Source of the DNA: Callorhinchus milii
Taxonomy: Eukaryota
Reading direction: 5' to 3'
Length of the DNA stretch: 64,000 nucleotides
NCBI RefSeq assembly: GCF_018977255.1
Contig: NW_024704743.1
Location: 63,862,001-63,926,000 of the forward strand
A model generated the notes under the pieces. That model was not told the origin of the DNA. It did not search any database and saw only the letters and a program-made list of their open reading frames with translations. The position numbers and the translations under genes were made by a program. This document shows, piece by piece, positions 51,119 through 64,000 of the stretch; the stretch's first letter is position 1, and each line of letters opens with the position of its first letter.

Positions 51119-51740
51119 ATCTGGTGTGATCTGTTTTCAAGCACTCTGAGACACTGTCCTGCTTGAAGGGTGCTATATAAATACAAATTGTTGTTGGTTT
51201 AAGGGTTTTTAAAGCATTTAGAATTTTAGTCATGTACAAACCTTGGTTATGTTCAGAGCAATCTCCCAAAAAGGAAACTTTTAACCTAGCAGAAAACAAC
51301 TGGCTTTTAAAATCCCAACTACAATGGAATACATCAGCAGTAACACAGAAATACTCCCAAATGTTATGCTGCGTGCAAATGTTTTAAATCTAACCAAAAG
51401 ATAGACACCCACAACATTGCAATTTTTATTTTAAACTACAATGGCATTCTTCAAAATGAGATATAAAAGATTCAGCAGCCTTTATGTAACTGAAACTGCA
51501 TAACAAATTGAAGGACAACATCATAGTGACTGTAGGAAAAAATGGCTCCTAAATTGCTCGGATTTTGGATACATTACACCAAGAAAGGCAACCAATCGAT
51601 AATGAATCATGTGTGATGCAAGGTTGGATAGGTAGATCAGAGTTTACTCAATTACCTATTAGAACATTGAAAAGTTTCTTCGGGATATTAAATAAATTAG
51701 ATAGAACAGATCTTGTGGGCGAATGTTTATGTTCTATGTA

Positions 51741-52067
51741 TAATAATAATAATAATAATAATCCTTGCATTTGATTATAGCGCTTTTCACGTCGGGAGGA
51801 CGTCCCAAAGTGCTTCACAGAACACACTGTAAAGTGAATTGACTGTATATTTGTGGGCGAACGTGGCAGCCAATTGCGCACAGCAATGTCCCACAAACAG
51901 TCGTAGATTGAAAATGACCAATTTATTCTTGTTTTTGGTTTTGGAGGGATTATTATTAGGCTCTGTGTGGAGTAAGGAAACTTGCCCAAGGTTTCGCCCT
52001 GCCTGGAATTGAACTCAGGTCTCTCCCTTGCAAAGCGAGTGCTCTAACCACTGAGCTACAGGACTCC
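51741..52067 (-). mobile_element. Full-length young tRNA-Ala SINE
   Basis: Reverse complement of 1134-1454. Confidence 0.93.
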
Positions 52068-52444
52068 ACGTGTATTTTGGACACATCTCTGAGTCTTTTC
52101 CAAGTTCCCTTTTCATTTTACTTTGAGCAAAATAAATCAGCAGAAAAGCTCACATAACTCTGAAAGTCCTTAATAAAACCTTACACATTTTATAACATTC
52201 ACCATGTGAAGCTATCAGGAAAATGTTAGTAATATTTAAGATCAGTAAGAATGACACAGATTATTCTGGCTTTACCAGAATCAACTCCAGCTATCTTGGT
52301 GTATTGTATATACATGACAATAATAATAATCTTGCTTTTTGTATAGCACCTTTCATGTCAGAAGGACATCCCAAAGCACCTCACTGGATATATTATAAAA
52401 TGAAGTGGCAGCCAGTTACCGCACAGCAATGTCGCGTAATGTTA

Positions 52445-52692
52445 ACTGGGGTAATGGTTAGCGTGCTCACCTCGCAAGCAAGAGGACTTGAGTTCGATTC
52501 CCAGGCGGGGCGAGACTTTAGGCAAGTTTCCTTACTCCACACGTCTCCATTTACCTAGCAGTAAGTAGGAACCTGGTGCTAGTCGATTGGCGGATCGTTT
52601 TACAGGGGTAATAATCCCTCCAATTTTTTTTTAATTTGGTCAGTCAATCCACGACTGTTTGTGGAACACTGCTTTGCACAATTGGCTGCCCA
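52445..52692 (+). mobile_element. Longer variant of the SINE with an extra central segment
   Basis: Related head and ggcaagtttccttactccacacg, then ~65 extra bp before taataatccctc. Confidence 0.75.
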
Positions 52693-53281
52693 TCTCCTCT
52701 CCCATGCCCCTCAATTCCCTCATGTATGTATCAAGCTTCCTCTTAAATATGTTGATGCTTTCTGTTTCAACCACAGCTTTGAAGTGAGTTCTATATTCCC
52801 ACTATCCTGCGCAAACACATTAATTACAGTTTATTTTGAAAGATCCAGTGAATGGTTTCATTGGCACTTTCATTTTTTTCATTTTAAAAACCTTTACAAC
52901 TCTGTGTGATGACAAATCGCGTGGTAAAAACTACAGAAGCGTGGTAAAAACTACTTTTTGGCAACAAAAAAATTCATACAATTAATCTTGCAAATAAGAT
53001 GCTGCACCTTGTGAAACCACAAATTACTGGGCATGCCTATTCCTTTGAGAGTTTGTTTCAACTATAATCACTTCACTTCAATATTCCTGCTTGAAATTGT
53101 TTCACTGAGTTGACAGCTTCCCATTAAATTATATACTGAAAATGTTCCATTCATATATTGCCTATTAAGTGAATTTTGGTGCATTTTCAGTGCAGTATTT
53201 TAAACATTAATGTATAAGAATTGAAATGGATTTTAGGGATTATACTTTTTAAAACGGACCACCACAAATAAAATTGGTGCC

Positions 53282-53902
53282 TGGCCTCGAGCCTGCCCCG
53301 ACATTCAAAAAGATCATGACTGATCTTCTAACCTAATTCCATTTACCCGCCCTATCCCCGTAACCCTTAATCCCTCTATCCTTTAGAAATCTATCAATCT
53401 CGGTCTTGAAGATGTTCAAGGACTGAGCATCCACAGCCTTCTGGGGTAGAGAATTCCACAAATTCACTACCCTCTGAGTGAAGAAATGTTTCCTCAACTC
53501 TGTTCGAAAAGGCTGACTCTTAACCTTAATCTTATAGATTCTCCAACCAGGGGAAACAGTCTCACACTGTCTACTCTATCAAGCCCAATAAGAATCTTAT
53601 ACGTTTCTGTAAGATCACCCCTAATTCTTCTATATTCTAGAGAATATAGGCCTAGTTTACTCAACCTCTCCTCGTAGGTCAACCCCCTCATCCCAGGAAG
53701 TAACCTAGTGAATCTATGCTGCCCGCCCCTCTAAGGCCAGTATGTCCTTTCTTAAATAAGGAGACCCAAACTGCACACAATATTCTAGGTGTGGTCTCAC
53801 CAAGGTCCTATACAGTTGCAGCAAGACTTCTCTACTCTTGTATTCTAATCCTTTTGCAATAAACACCTTCCTAGTTGCTTGCTGTACCTGCATACTAACC
53901 TG
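53282..53902 (-). mobile_element. CR1 LINE 3' fragment related to 5600-6250
   Basis: MRGLTYEERLSKLGLYSLEYRRIRGDL. Confidence 0.9.
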
Positions 53903-54251
53903 TTATTCACTTGATGGTTGATTGTGGAACATTGCTGTGCACAAATTAGCTGTCGTGTTCCCTACAAATTATATAGCCTCTAGAATTTACGAAATATCAT
54001 GTGAAGTGATTTGAGATGTCCTCCTGGCATAAAAGGTGCTACATCGAATGTAAGTATTATTATTTTTTATTTTTGCAGATCCAGCCCTATCCCATTGATG
54101 TAGTGGGAACACAATATAAATTGTGCAGAGTATTCATTAAATAATCTTGTCAGAAATTAATTGGATTGCAGTTATTTCACAAAATCAGTGTTACATTATC
54201 AGTTCCATATTTCTAAACATAGTCCTGTGATCTGGACTTGTGAAACTCAAG

Positions 54252-54571
54252 AATAATAATAATAATAATCCTTGCATTTGATGTAGAGCTTTTCACGTCT
54301 TCTCGACGTCTCAAAGCACTTCACAGAATAGACTGTAAAGTGAATTGACAGCATATCTGTGGGCGAAACGCGACAGCCAATTGCGCACAGCAGTGTCCCA
54401 CAAACAGTCGTGGATTGAAAATGACCAATTTATTATTGTTTTGTTTTGAAGGGATTATTATTAGGAGTGCGGAGTAAGGAAATTTGCCCAAGGTTTCGCC
54501 CTCTGCCTGGAATTGAACTCAGGTGTCTCGCTTGCAAGGCGAGTGCTCTAACCACTGAGTTACAGGACGCC
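54252..54571 (-). mobile_element. Full-length tRNA-Ala SINE
   Basis: Reverse complement head, body and tail. Confidence 0.92.
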
Positions 54572-55639
54572 GCAAGAATGCGCATGCACCTCAATAGGAT
54601 ATGTTTTTGTAATAGTCGTCAGTGTTAAGCATGCCTGTAAAAGAAATCGGCTGGGGCATATTGCTCAGATCGATGCTGGGATACTAAAGCTTTTATATAT
54701 AATTGCGGCCATTTTCCAGTTTCTTTCTTCACATTCATGTCTAAATTAAGTTTAGGTTTACAAACTATGTTTGGATCAAACATGAGAAATGGATTTACAG
54801 CAACTCTTGAACAAGGTGACATTTGATGTTCTTCTTGATTTATTGCCATTCTGACGAGATATAATTATAGTTGTATTGTTTGCGTGTTTTTCTTCAGTAA
54901 ATTGCTTTTCAGAGGAGAAAAAAATCACTTTTACCTCTAGTCCAGACCAATAAGGTATTGAATTTGTACAATTTGAAACATCACCAGATTTGTCCTAACC
55001 TTCAATTACATATTCCACTGGCATAAGTCATACTTATGATTAATATGTATGAAAGCAGCCTTTTCCCCCTAAAGAATCACTTTACATCATACATCCTAGA
55101 ATCCTAGATAATTCAATTTCTGCATTGCACATTTATCTCATAGATTTTGAGACGTGATTAAGCTTTTTATTTTATCTCTAAGAATTAATAAAAAAAGATC
55201 AAACAAGGACCCAAAGAGTGTGACCAGGCAATTAGATATGGAGGTAATGGGGCAAAGATCAGAATCAGAAGTACAGTATCTTCATAAATGCCAGAACCAT
55301 TTGAAATAAAATGGTCGAGCAAAAGGCAATTAGAATGTTGTAGGAATCTCAAAGACATCAACCAAGCTGATGGAAGTGAATGCAACTTTCAAGAATACAA
55401 AAATTCAGGAAGGATAGGAGGAATGGAAAAAGTGGCAGAATTGCCTTAACCATAGGGACACTGACTGGTTAAGTTGACCAAATATAGCAGCAAATCCCAG
55501 GATAAAAATAAATTCTGGTTAGTTTTGTTTAACAGGAAATGGCGATGACAATACTTCAGATCTGCTTTAGACCTCAAACCTGAGAAAAGAGAATGATTTA
55601 TCACTTTATGATAATACTGGAAGGATTTGCAAAGAATGT

Positions 55640-56150
55640 ACAGTATGGAAACAGATCACTCAACCCAGCCAGTCCTTGTCAGTGTTTATACTCCACATCA
55701 GTCTTCACCCACTCCTTACACTCTCGCATACTCTTGCATCTCGTATAGCCCTCTTCCTCATGTATATAGCTAGTATCCTCTTGAATGCATCTATACTATT
55801 TGATTCCACCATTGGTTCATGCAGCGACTTCCACAATCTCATGACCCTCTGTGCAATGTAGTTCCTCCTAAATTCTCTTTTGGATCCCCTAGTCGCTATC
55901 TTATACTTGTGTCCCTTGGTTAAGGACACCCCAACCAGTGGAAGCAGATTATTTATGATAACCTTATCCAACCCTTTTATAATTTTAATCACTCTATTAG
56001 ATCCCTCTTAAATTTTAAAAACCCCATTAGCCTTTTTAGCTTGAACTACGTGTGTAGCTACTTTTAGAGATTTATGGATCCGAATCTCCAGATCTCTTTG
56101 CTCCTCTACTTCTCTTCGGTTCCTATCATTTAGACTACAGATAGCTCTTT
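55640..56150 (-). mobile_element. Diverged CR1 3' fragment
   Basis: KIIKGLDKV...TKGHKYKI...QRVMRLW. Confidence 0.8.
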
Positions 56151-56439
56151 TATCTTAAGAAAGAAAAAGTAAGAAAAGTAAGAGGTTAGTAAGAAAAAAA
56201 ACTTAGAAGAGAACTATCGGGGGACTTCAACCAGATCAAATTAATAATTCTTAAGTCACGTAGGCTGCAATTTGGTCATCCCTGGTCTACAGGATCTCCT
56301 CTGAAATGTTTTATTTTGACAGCTGGAGAGCCCTACTTTAAAGATAAGTGTCGTTTGTTTTATTACTGCTTAGGTGACCCAATATGTTTCGGTGATTAGA
56401 ACATACATAATAGTACAAAAAAGGAAGAAATAATTTGCA

Positions 56440-56880
56440 TTTTAAAGTGCTTAGAATAGTGAACCATCTGAGAACTTCACAATGATTCATATCACATGTA
56501 TTGACTGTTTTTAGGCATATGTGGCGGCAATTTGCACCCAGCAAGGTTCCTCAAAGAGCCAAGAGATGAAAGCCTAATTTATCTAGAGATTGATGGCCAG
56601 ATCATGCCCTTCTCTTTCAAATAATGGCATAGGATCTCCAACATCCAGCTGAAGAACAGACAGACACAGACTCTGTTCAGCAATTTATTCAAAGTACAAT
56701 ACCTCCTCCGATACAGCTCTGGTAAGCCAGCCTAGACTATGAATTAAAGTCCCAACGTGGAGCTTGAACCTAAAGAATAACAACAACTTGCATTTATATT
56801 GCGCCCTTCATGTGGGGTAGTGTTCCAGAGCTCAAAAACTTTACGACCCAGCAATCAGAGTCCTACCAACTGAGTCAAGG
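56440..56880 (-). mobile_element. Old Deu-domain SINE with a short L2-tail insertion at ~56778-56832
   Basis: gtggcggcaatttgcacccagcaagg, cagcctagactatg, cttgaacc, ccaactgag. Confidence 0.65.
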
Positions 56881-57978
56881 TGAATCTGACCACCACCAAC
56901 AACAATAAGTTGCATTTATGTGGCACCCTTCATACAGCATAGTGTCTCAGAGCACTGAAAAAGCGTTCGCCAAGTAGCATTGTGCATATTTTGAGTGTGA
57001 ATTCTCAAGATCTGAACACAAATGATTTGTCTTTGTAGCCAAGCACTCTGTTCACTTCAGCTTATTGCTGCATTACACTGGGTTTGGCGAGCGCTAATTA
57101 TGAATACCCATGAATCTGTAGTTGTAGGTATGGCTCTGTCACCATTCCTGGAAACTTTGACTCCCTACCAAAATAAGCATTGGTGCTTCGAATCACCTTT
57201 CTTGTCACACTAAGTACCTTTGCTCATAGGTTAATCTGTCCTAGGGATTTATTGGTTTTCAGTCCCTTAAGTCTGTATAGTACCTCTACCTTGTTAATGT
57301 CAAAGTTTTGGAACTTTGGAAATTTGTATTGTAAATGCAGAACATAACCTGGTCTTTTTGGAAGAGGACTGTCTCTTGTCATTTATTTGGCACTATTGCT
57401 TCCCACTGTAAATCAAAAGTCAAATAACTACACATTGAAAATCCTCTATTCAATTCATAAATCATTGAATATGAATAGCAATAGAAATCATTATTGCCAT
57501 ACAAAGTTACCATTAAAAATAGTAACAGAAAGTACAGATTTTCAAAGCCTGAATGCACAAAACAATACAAACTCCTGAATAGCCTCATTAAAACAAGAAA
57601 CCAATATACAAGTAATTGCTGGCAATTTACACAAATTCAGATGAAACTCAGGAGGAAGGATTTTCTTGGGGAATATTTCAGATTCTGTAAACAAACCAGA
57701 GATATTCTAAGTGCTAAAATGTTTAGATCTAATGATCAAATCTGCAGGGACAAGCAGACCATGTGGATTGGAGAAATACAAAAATGTTTCACTATACAAT
57801 GCAAACTGTGAATGGAATAGGTTTCCTGTAATGCAATCGAAACTCTTCCATGTCCCATGCTATGACTTTGATCCAGTAAGCATATTTTTTTTATTGAACC
57901 TTGCAGATCTCCTCATATTTTGTGCAGAAATAGGTTATAAAAATATTTGAGTATACATCTAGTTACTTAAAGACAACA

Positions 57979-58253
57979 TGCAAGCGAGAGACCTGAGTTC
58001 AATTCCAGGCAGGGCGAAACCTTGGGCAAGTTTCCTTACTCCACACGCCTAATAATAATCCCTCCAAAACAAAAAACAATAATAAATTGGTCATTTTCAA
58101 TCTACGACTGTTTGTGGGACATTGCTGTGCGCAATTGGCTGCCGCGTTCGCCCACAAATATACAGTCAATTCACTTTACAGTATATTCTGAGAAGCGCTT
58201 TGGCACGTCTAGAAGACGTGAACAGCGCTATATCAAATGCAAGGATTATTAAT
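57979..58253 (+). mobile_element. Young SINE truncated within the tRNA head
   Basis: Starts at tgcaagcgagagacctgagttc. Confidence 0.92.
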
Positions 58254-60247
58254 ATTAGTGGTGGGGGTAGTCTAGAAATAAATAAAGTCGAAGCACTTTG
58301 CAGCAAAGGTGCCGAACGCCAAGTTGTGGGAGGGAGGGGGAAGGTGACCATTGACATGTTTGGAGGAGTTGGATGACAGAGCTGGAGAGGTTGACAAATG
58401 TAAAAGGCACAAGAAAAGTTCAAGTCAGGAGGTGACAAGGGATGAGGGTTACTTCAGTGAGGTTGTAGAATGACTGGTGTCTGAATGAAAATGTTGCCAG
58501 CAATAGTTACTACTTTCAGGAAAGAAGCCATTTGAAGAAACATGTAACAATTAAAAGTGTGAAGCAAAGGAGAGCATCATAAATGTACCTTTACTTCAAA
58601 GGGAAATTTTGATTGAATCCACGTTTCCAGTCAATAGTTAAAGTTTATAAAAGTGTAATTAACAATACACTGTATCTGACCTGAATTAAAACAGGCTTAT
58701 TTTAAATGACAATCATGAAAGTGACAAAGTATAATTTTTTTTAAATTACTTTACACAGAAACATCAACAGCATGAATAATTTAGTTTGTGAAAGCCTGAA
58801 TGAAAACGTGTCTGTAGTATTTTTCTTTGCTTGTTGCTTTCCAGGATTCAGTTTTCTGCAAATCACGTACATGCTGCTGTATTGTGTGGCTCAGGCATTA
58901 AAAGTAAGAAAATGTCCAATTATATATTTTTAAATCACTATGATATCCAATGGTCTGCAGTTATCTCTCCAATCGCCTCCTACCTTACTCCTCCACCCAC
59001 CCCCTCTACTCAGCTAACGTGGCCTTGGTGACAAGTCTTCAGTTACTACACCCCTAACCTTTGGAACCCCCTCCCTCACCTACTAACTCTCTATTACTCC
59101 TTCTCAACCCTCTCTTTCTGTCTTTATTCCCTCCTCAAATCCTACCATTTTGAACGCGCCTATGCACACCTCTCCCTCTTCCTTGTTTGGAGAGGTCCAA
59201 CACCATCCCTATGAAGCGCTCCTAGACATTACCCTACATGAAGGTTGCTAAATAAATGGCAGGTTGTTGTTGTAGACTCGGGCAGGGAAGGTAAGGATAG
59301 CCCAAGGCATCATCAAAGAGGTAAATCTCAAGGTGGGGTTGAAAGTGAGGAGGGAGGGGGTGAGTCAGAGGGCTTGAAATAATTAGCATATTTGCAACCA
59401 AAGGTTTGAAATATCTCACATTCTTAGGCTTTAAATCACTGGCTAAAAAGTTAAGATTAGTTTGAAAATAAGGATGGAGAATTTCCAAGAGCCTTATTCT
59501 GGAAGCCCATTTCAATAAAACCAAAATACCTGTAAAAAATATCGTCTTGCAATTAAGATTGAATTTAAGACTGTGCTTCAAAATTTCTTGTTTTTATATG
59601 AGTTTATAAGAGAGTCAACATGCCTCTAGGAAAATATTGTAATAGTGGAAAATGTGGCAATTAACTCTTTTTCCCTTCCTCTGGACTAACCCAGAGTGTC
59701 TGTGACTAACATTATACAGATCATTATACAACCAAGAAATACTCAATTATTTCCCATAAAATGGCAGTTCACCTTCTCAGTGACCCAGGTCTCAACAATT
59801 TTCCCGAGTGAGTCTCTGCCTATTTGCCACTATGGAAGACATTGGGCACATTTGAATATCTACTGCTTCCACCTTGTTAAAGTATCGCTGTTCAGCTTTT
59901 ATCAGTCATAAACAGTTTCAAAAGCGGAGAGATCTATTTATGATACTTATACCACTGTTTAGAATACTCCTTCCGATTAAAAATTACAAGGTTCAACCTT
60001 ATACAAGTGAAGTCTGTTGCTGGTCTGATGTGCAAAATGTATCAAATATTAATCTGGTGACATCATCTACAATGTAACAAAATAAATATTTTGAACAATG
60101 CCATTCAATTGGTTAATAAACTACCCTTTTAAGTAACTTTTTGAGCAAACATAGACCAACTTTTCCAATATAGTTCTAGCCTATGCCCAAATGTTGATGT
60201 GGTGTAGAAGGTACAGAAAATACATATTTTTAAGCTTTAAATGGCCT

Positions 60248-61214
60248 TTCGCCATCTCCGTAACATTGCCCGGCTCTGCCACTGTCTCTCCCCGTAGGCT
60301 TCCGAGACCCTAATCCACGCGTTCATCACATCCAGGCTCCCTGCTTGTCACCCTCCCCAACTCCTCCCTCCGTAGGCTGCAGATCATCCAGAACGTGGAG
60401 TCCTGTAGCTCAGTGGTTAGAGCACTCGCTTTGCAAGCGAGAGACCTGAGTTCAATTCCAGGCAGAGGGCGAAACCTTGGGCAAGTTTCCTTACTCCACA
60501 CGCCTAATAATAATCCCATCCAAAAAAACAAAAACAATAATAAAATTGGTCATTTTCAATCTACGACTGTTTGTGGGACATTGCTGTGCGCAATTGGCTG
60601 CCGCGTTCGCCCACAAATATACAGTCAATTCACTTTACAGTGTGTTCTGTGAAGCGCTTTGGGACGTCCTCCCGACGTGAAAAGCGCTATATCAAATGCA
60701 AGGATTATTTATTTATTATTATAACTCTGCAACCCGTGTCCTCTCCCTCCCCAGGCTCTGCTACCCTATTACCCCATCCTCACTTGGCTCCACTGGCTTC
60801 CCATCACTCAAAGGATATGGGTCAAGATGCTGTTCCTTACCTTCAAAGCCCTCCGTGTTCCTGCCTATCTCTGACCTGCTAACCCTCTACCAACCCATCC
60901 ACTCCCTCAGCTCAGCGGGCCTGCTTCACATCCCCCGTCTTGCCCGCCCCACCATTGGCGGGCGGGCCTTCAGCCTCTCTGCCCCGATCCTCTGGAACTC
61001 CATCTGCCTCGCCCCCTCCTTTGCCTCCTTCAAGACCCGTCTCAAGACCCTCTTCTTCGACCGTGCCTTCAGTCACCCTCTTACCCCTACGTTCCCTGCC
61101 TTCCAACCCTCCTGATCCCAATCCCCAGCTCAGGTGCGGATCCCTGACTGTCCAGTGCCTTGGGACTTCCTCCTGATATGAAAGGCATTATACAAATGTA
61201 ATTTGTTGTTGTTG
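60248..61214 (+). mobile_element. L2 3' fragment interrupted by a young SINE
   Basis: LRNIARL...LQIIQN | SINE | NSATRVL...TIGGRAFSLSAPILWN; (TTG)n tail. Confidence 0.9.
60395..60722 (+). mobile_element. Full-length young tRNA-Ala SINE
   Basis: Near-identical to 1134-1454. Confidence 0.94.
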
Positions 61215-61873
61215 TACAATATTTGGATATTTGAGTGGTTTGATCAACAGAACATTAGTCTTTGTTTCAGGATTACATTGCATGAGATAAGGACTAAAAA
61301 GAGCCTGGACATTTTCTAGATATAAGGATAAAGCTTTCCTTGATGTTATTTTGCAAACATCATTAAACCTTCATGACATTTTGTCCTTAATTGTACTTCT
61401 GGCATATCCCTTCAAGTCTCTCTATATGATCTGCAGTTTATCAATGTGTTTTAAAGCTTAATCGATTATAAACCTCCAGCTTTAGTACTCGTATCAAAAA
61501 TGCATTAGCTATTTTAGTCAAAAGCAAAGTCAGACAGACAGCATGTGAAAGATTCCTGTCAGAATACCAACAGATAATCCCGAATCTTAACTTTCCAACT
61601 TGTGCAAAAATTCAGTTGTTTGCAGCCTTCAAAAGAGATGTCTCAGATTGGACGTTACAGAAGTAGATATTTGATGCTAAATGGGATAGGGAAAGGAAAT
61701 TAAAAAACATACTTCAGATACGGAAGCAGGATAAGATAGCACAGGTTCATGGTTTTCAACGACAATTTTAGGGCAGATGCCAGGACGCATTTCTCTTGAA
61801 GGTAATGAGCTAGAATGAGTTACCGGAAAGAATAGTTGAAGCCAGTATGCTGGACTCATTTAAGAAACATTTT

Positions 61874-62219
61874 CAACAACAAAATTACATTTGTATAGTG
61901 CCTTTCACATCGAAATTATGTCCCAAGGCCCTAGACAATCAGTGATTTCAGACCAGAGCTGGGGGTCAGGATCAGGGAGAGTGCATCGGGGGGAAGGAGG
62001 GTGTAAAGCACGGTTGAAGAGGAGTGTCTTGAGGCGGGTTTTGAAGGAGGCAAGGGAGGGGGCGAGGCGGAGGGACTGCGGGATGGAGTTCCAGAAGGTG
62101 GGAGAAGAGTGGCAGAGTGCCGATGGTGGGGCGGGCGAAGCGGGGACATGAAGCCCACTAAATGGAGGGAGCGGCTAGGTTGGTAGGAAGTGAGGAGGTT
62201 GCAGAGGTAGAGGGGAGCA
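61874..62219 (-). mobile_element. L2 3' fragment, abutted by a tail-only insertion at ~62218-62278
   Basis: APLYLCNLLTSYQPSRSL; tail caacaacaaaattacatttgtatagtgcctttcac. Confidence 0.85.
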
Positions 62220-62666
62220 ACAACAACAACGTGCATTTACACAGCGCCCTTCACGTGGGATAGAGTCTTGGAGTGCTGTTCTCAAAGCACTGATAGTGCC
62301 TCGGTCCGTACCTCCAATGTTGAAATGATTTATACCAGGGTTTGTAATCTGGAAGAATGAGTACTTTCTTCATTTGAACCTCTCTTCCAAATTTGTACCC
62401 TCTTGTTCCAATGGTAGCAATAGGAAGCTTCTGCATGGACTACTAAAGGACAGATGATGAGTCTTCATCATTAGTGTGGTTGAGAATTCAGTGTATTTAA
62501 TAAAACTTTTCTTCTTTTAATTGCAACAGACTTGCTGATAAGATCATATAAAAAACTTGTCTATAATAGTTATGAAACCATGGTTTTCAACAGCAAGCTT
62601 TAAGATATACTGATACACAAATACTAGGCCACTGCTCTATTCCCACTTTGTGTGGTGCGTTTCTAC

Positions 62667-62980
62667 AATAATAATAATTCTTGCATTTGATATAGCGCTT
62701 TTTCACGTCTTCTAGACGTCTCAAAGCGCTTCACAGAATATGCTGTAAAGTGAATTGACCGAATATCTTTTGGGCGAAATGCGACAGCCAATTGCGCACA
62801 GCAGTGTCCCACAAACAGTCATGGATTGAAAATGACCAATTTATTATTGTTTTGTTTTGGAGGGATTATTATTAGGCGTGTGGAGTAAGGAAACTTGCCC
62901 AAGGTTTCGCCCTGACTGGAATTGAACTCAGGTATCTCACTTGCAAGGCGAGTGCTTTAACCACTGAACTACAAGACTCC
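62667..62980 (-). mobile_element. Full-length tRNA-Ala SINE
   Basis: Reverse complement head, body and tail. Confidence 0.92.
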
Positions 62981-64000
62981 AAAATGAGTTTGATGAGACA
63001 CATACTAGGCTCATTGTATACTAGGCCTGGCGTGGAGCACCCTCCACACTGGATGGCGTCCCAGAGTACTTAACAATTGTGACCTTCACGAGCGCTGTCT
63101 CTGTACTGTGGGCAGGGCGGAAACCAGACTGGAGGGGTTCGAGTAGGGAATGAAGGGAGAGGTGTGCTTTCCTATCTGATGTACTTTACTGATGTGTTTT
63201 CCTCTCACCTCCTATCACTGGCTTTAAAAGGTGAAATTAAAATAATTATATTATTGTATCCACAAGTGTAGAAAGTTGAATTATTAATGTAGGAGTATAA
63301 AAGTCTTGAACAATGTTTCCCTGTCAACACAGCACTGGTGAAAAAGTAAAGATCTGTTTGAGGTGATGATAAGATTCCTGATATGCAGTCCTGAATGAGG
63401 GCCTGGAACAAAGTTATGGGGTTTTCACTGCCTTATATACAAAACCTGGTGATTATCATAATCTGAAGAGGAGGGTTACAATATTTGCTCCAAGTTATTT
63501 TAAAAATAGATGACTATTATACATGGTAATTATATGCAAGTAATTGCAATTGGCATCATTTTATTTGTAGACTCATTGTTCCTTTCAATGCCCTTTGATT
63601 TTCCACAGCTGCTGAAAACCTTCAAATCTCATCAAGACCAGTGAAGATGAGGAAATTGTGGCAACGTTTGCCCATCAATCATTACATTTTACAGACCAAC
63701 AAGTAAACTGCTCATTGTTTATAAAGTACAATGTTTTAACATTCTGTATAATATGCCCAATGCAGGTAATGGTTTCAAGAATTATAAGCACAATGTATGG
63801 GCAATATTAGTCAGAATGCATTGTAATTTTGCAACAGATATAATAATAACCTTACATTTGATATAGCGTCTTATCACATCTTCGAGACGCTTAATGCGCT
63901 TCACAGAATATGCTTTAACGTGAATTGACTTTATTTTTGTGAGAGAAACATCAGCGAAATAGACATAAATATATACAAAGAATATTATTTATTTGGCAGT

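Noticed and set aside
52919..52954. 16-bp direct repeat gcgtggtaaaaactac x2
   Set aside because: Simple local slippage duplication with no further structure
46271..64000. Large upstream MOCOS exon with the PLP-lysine SFYK motif
   Set aside because: No matching minus-strand ORF found; the intron evidently extends past the window end

Overview
Eukaryotic, repeat-rich vertebrate genomic DNA, most likely a cartilaginous fish (inferred from the CR1/L2/DeuSINE repertoire, not proven). The whole window appears to lie inside one minus-strand gene, MOCOS (molybdenum cofactor sulfurase). Four consecutive internal coding exons are visible (46194-46270, 20931-21130, 14023-14139, 7759-8202; all AG/GT-bounded and phase-compatible); the 5' and 3' exons lie outside the window. 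The introns hold many L2 and CR1 LINE fragments, a young tRNA-Ala-headed SINE sharing its 3' stem-loop with L2, older Deu-domain SINEs and one TA-flanked MITE. Unexpected items: a decayed SOX4-like HMG-box copy fused to unidentified sequence, a ~275-bp direct repeat bracketing the in-frame 444-bp exon, and a paralogous hairpin-forming element upstream of two successive splice acceptors. Most ORF-track entries are transposon-derived or spurious. Repeat boundaries are approximate and read by eye. I see no firm evidence of a wholly new biological system.
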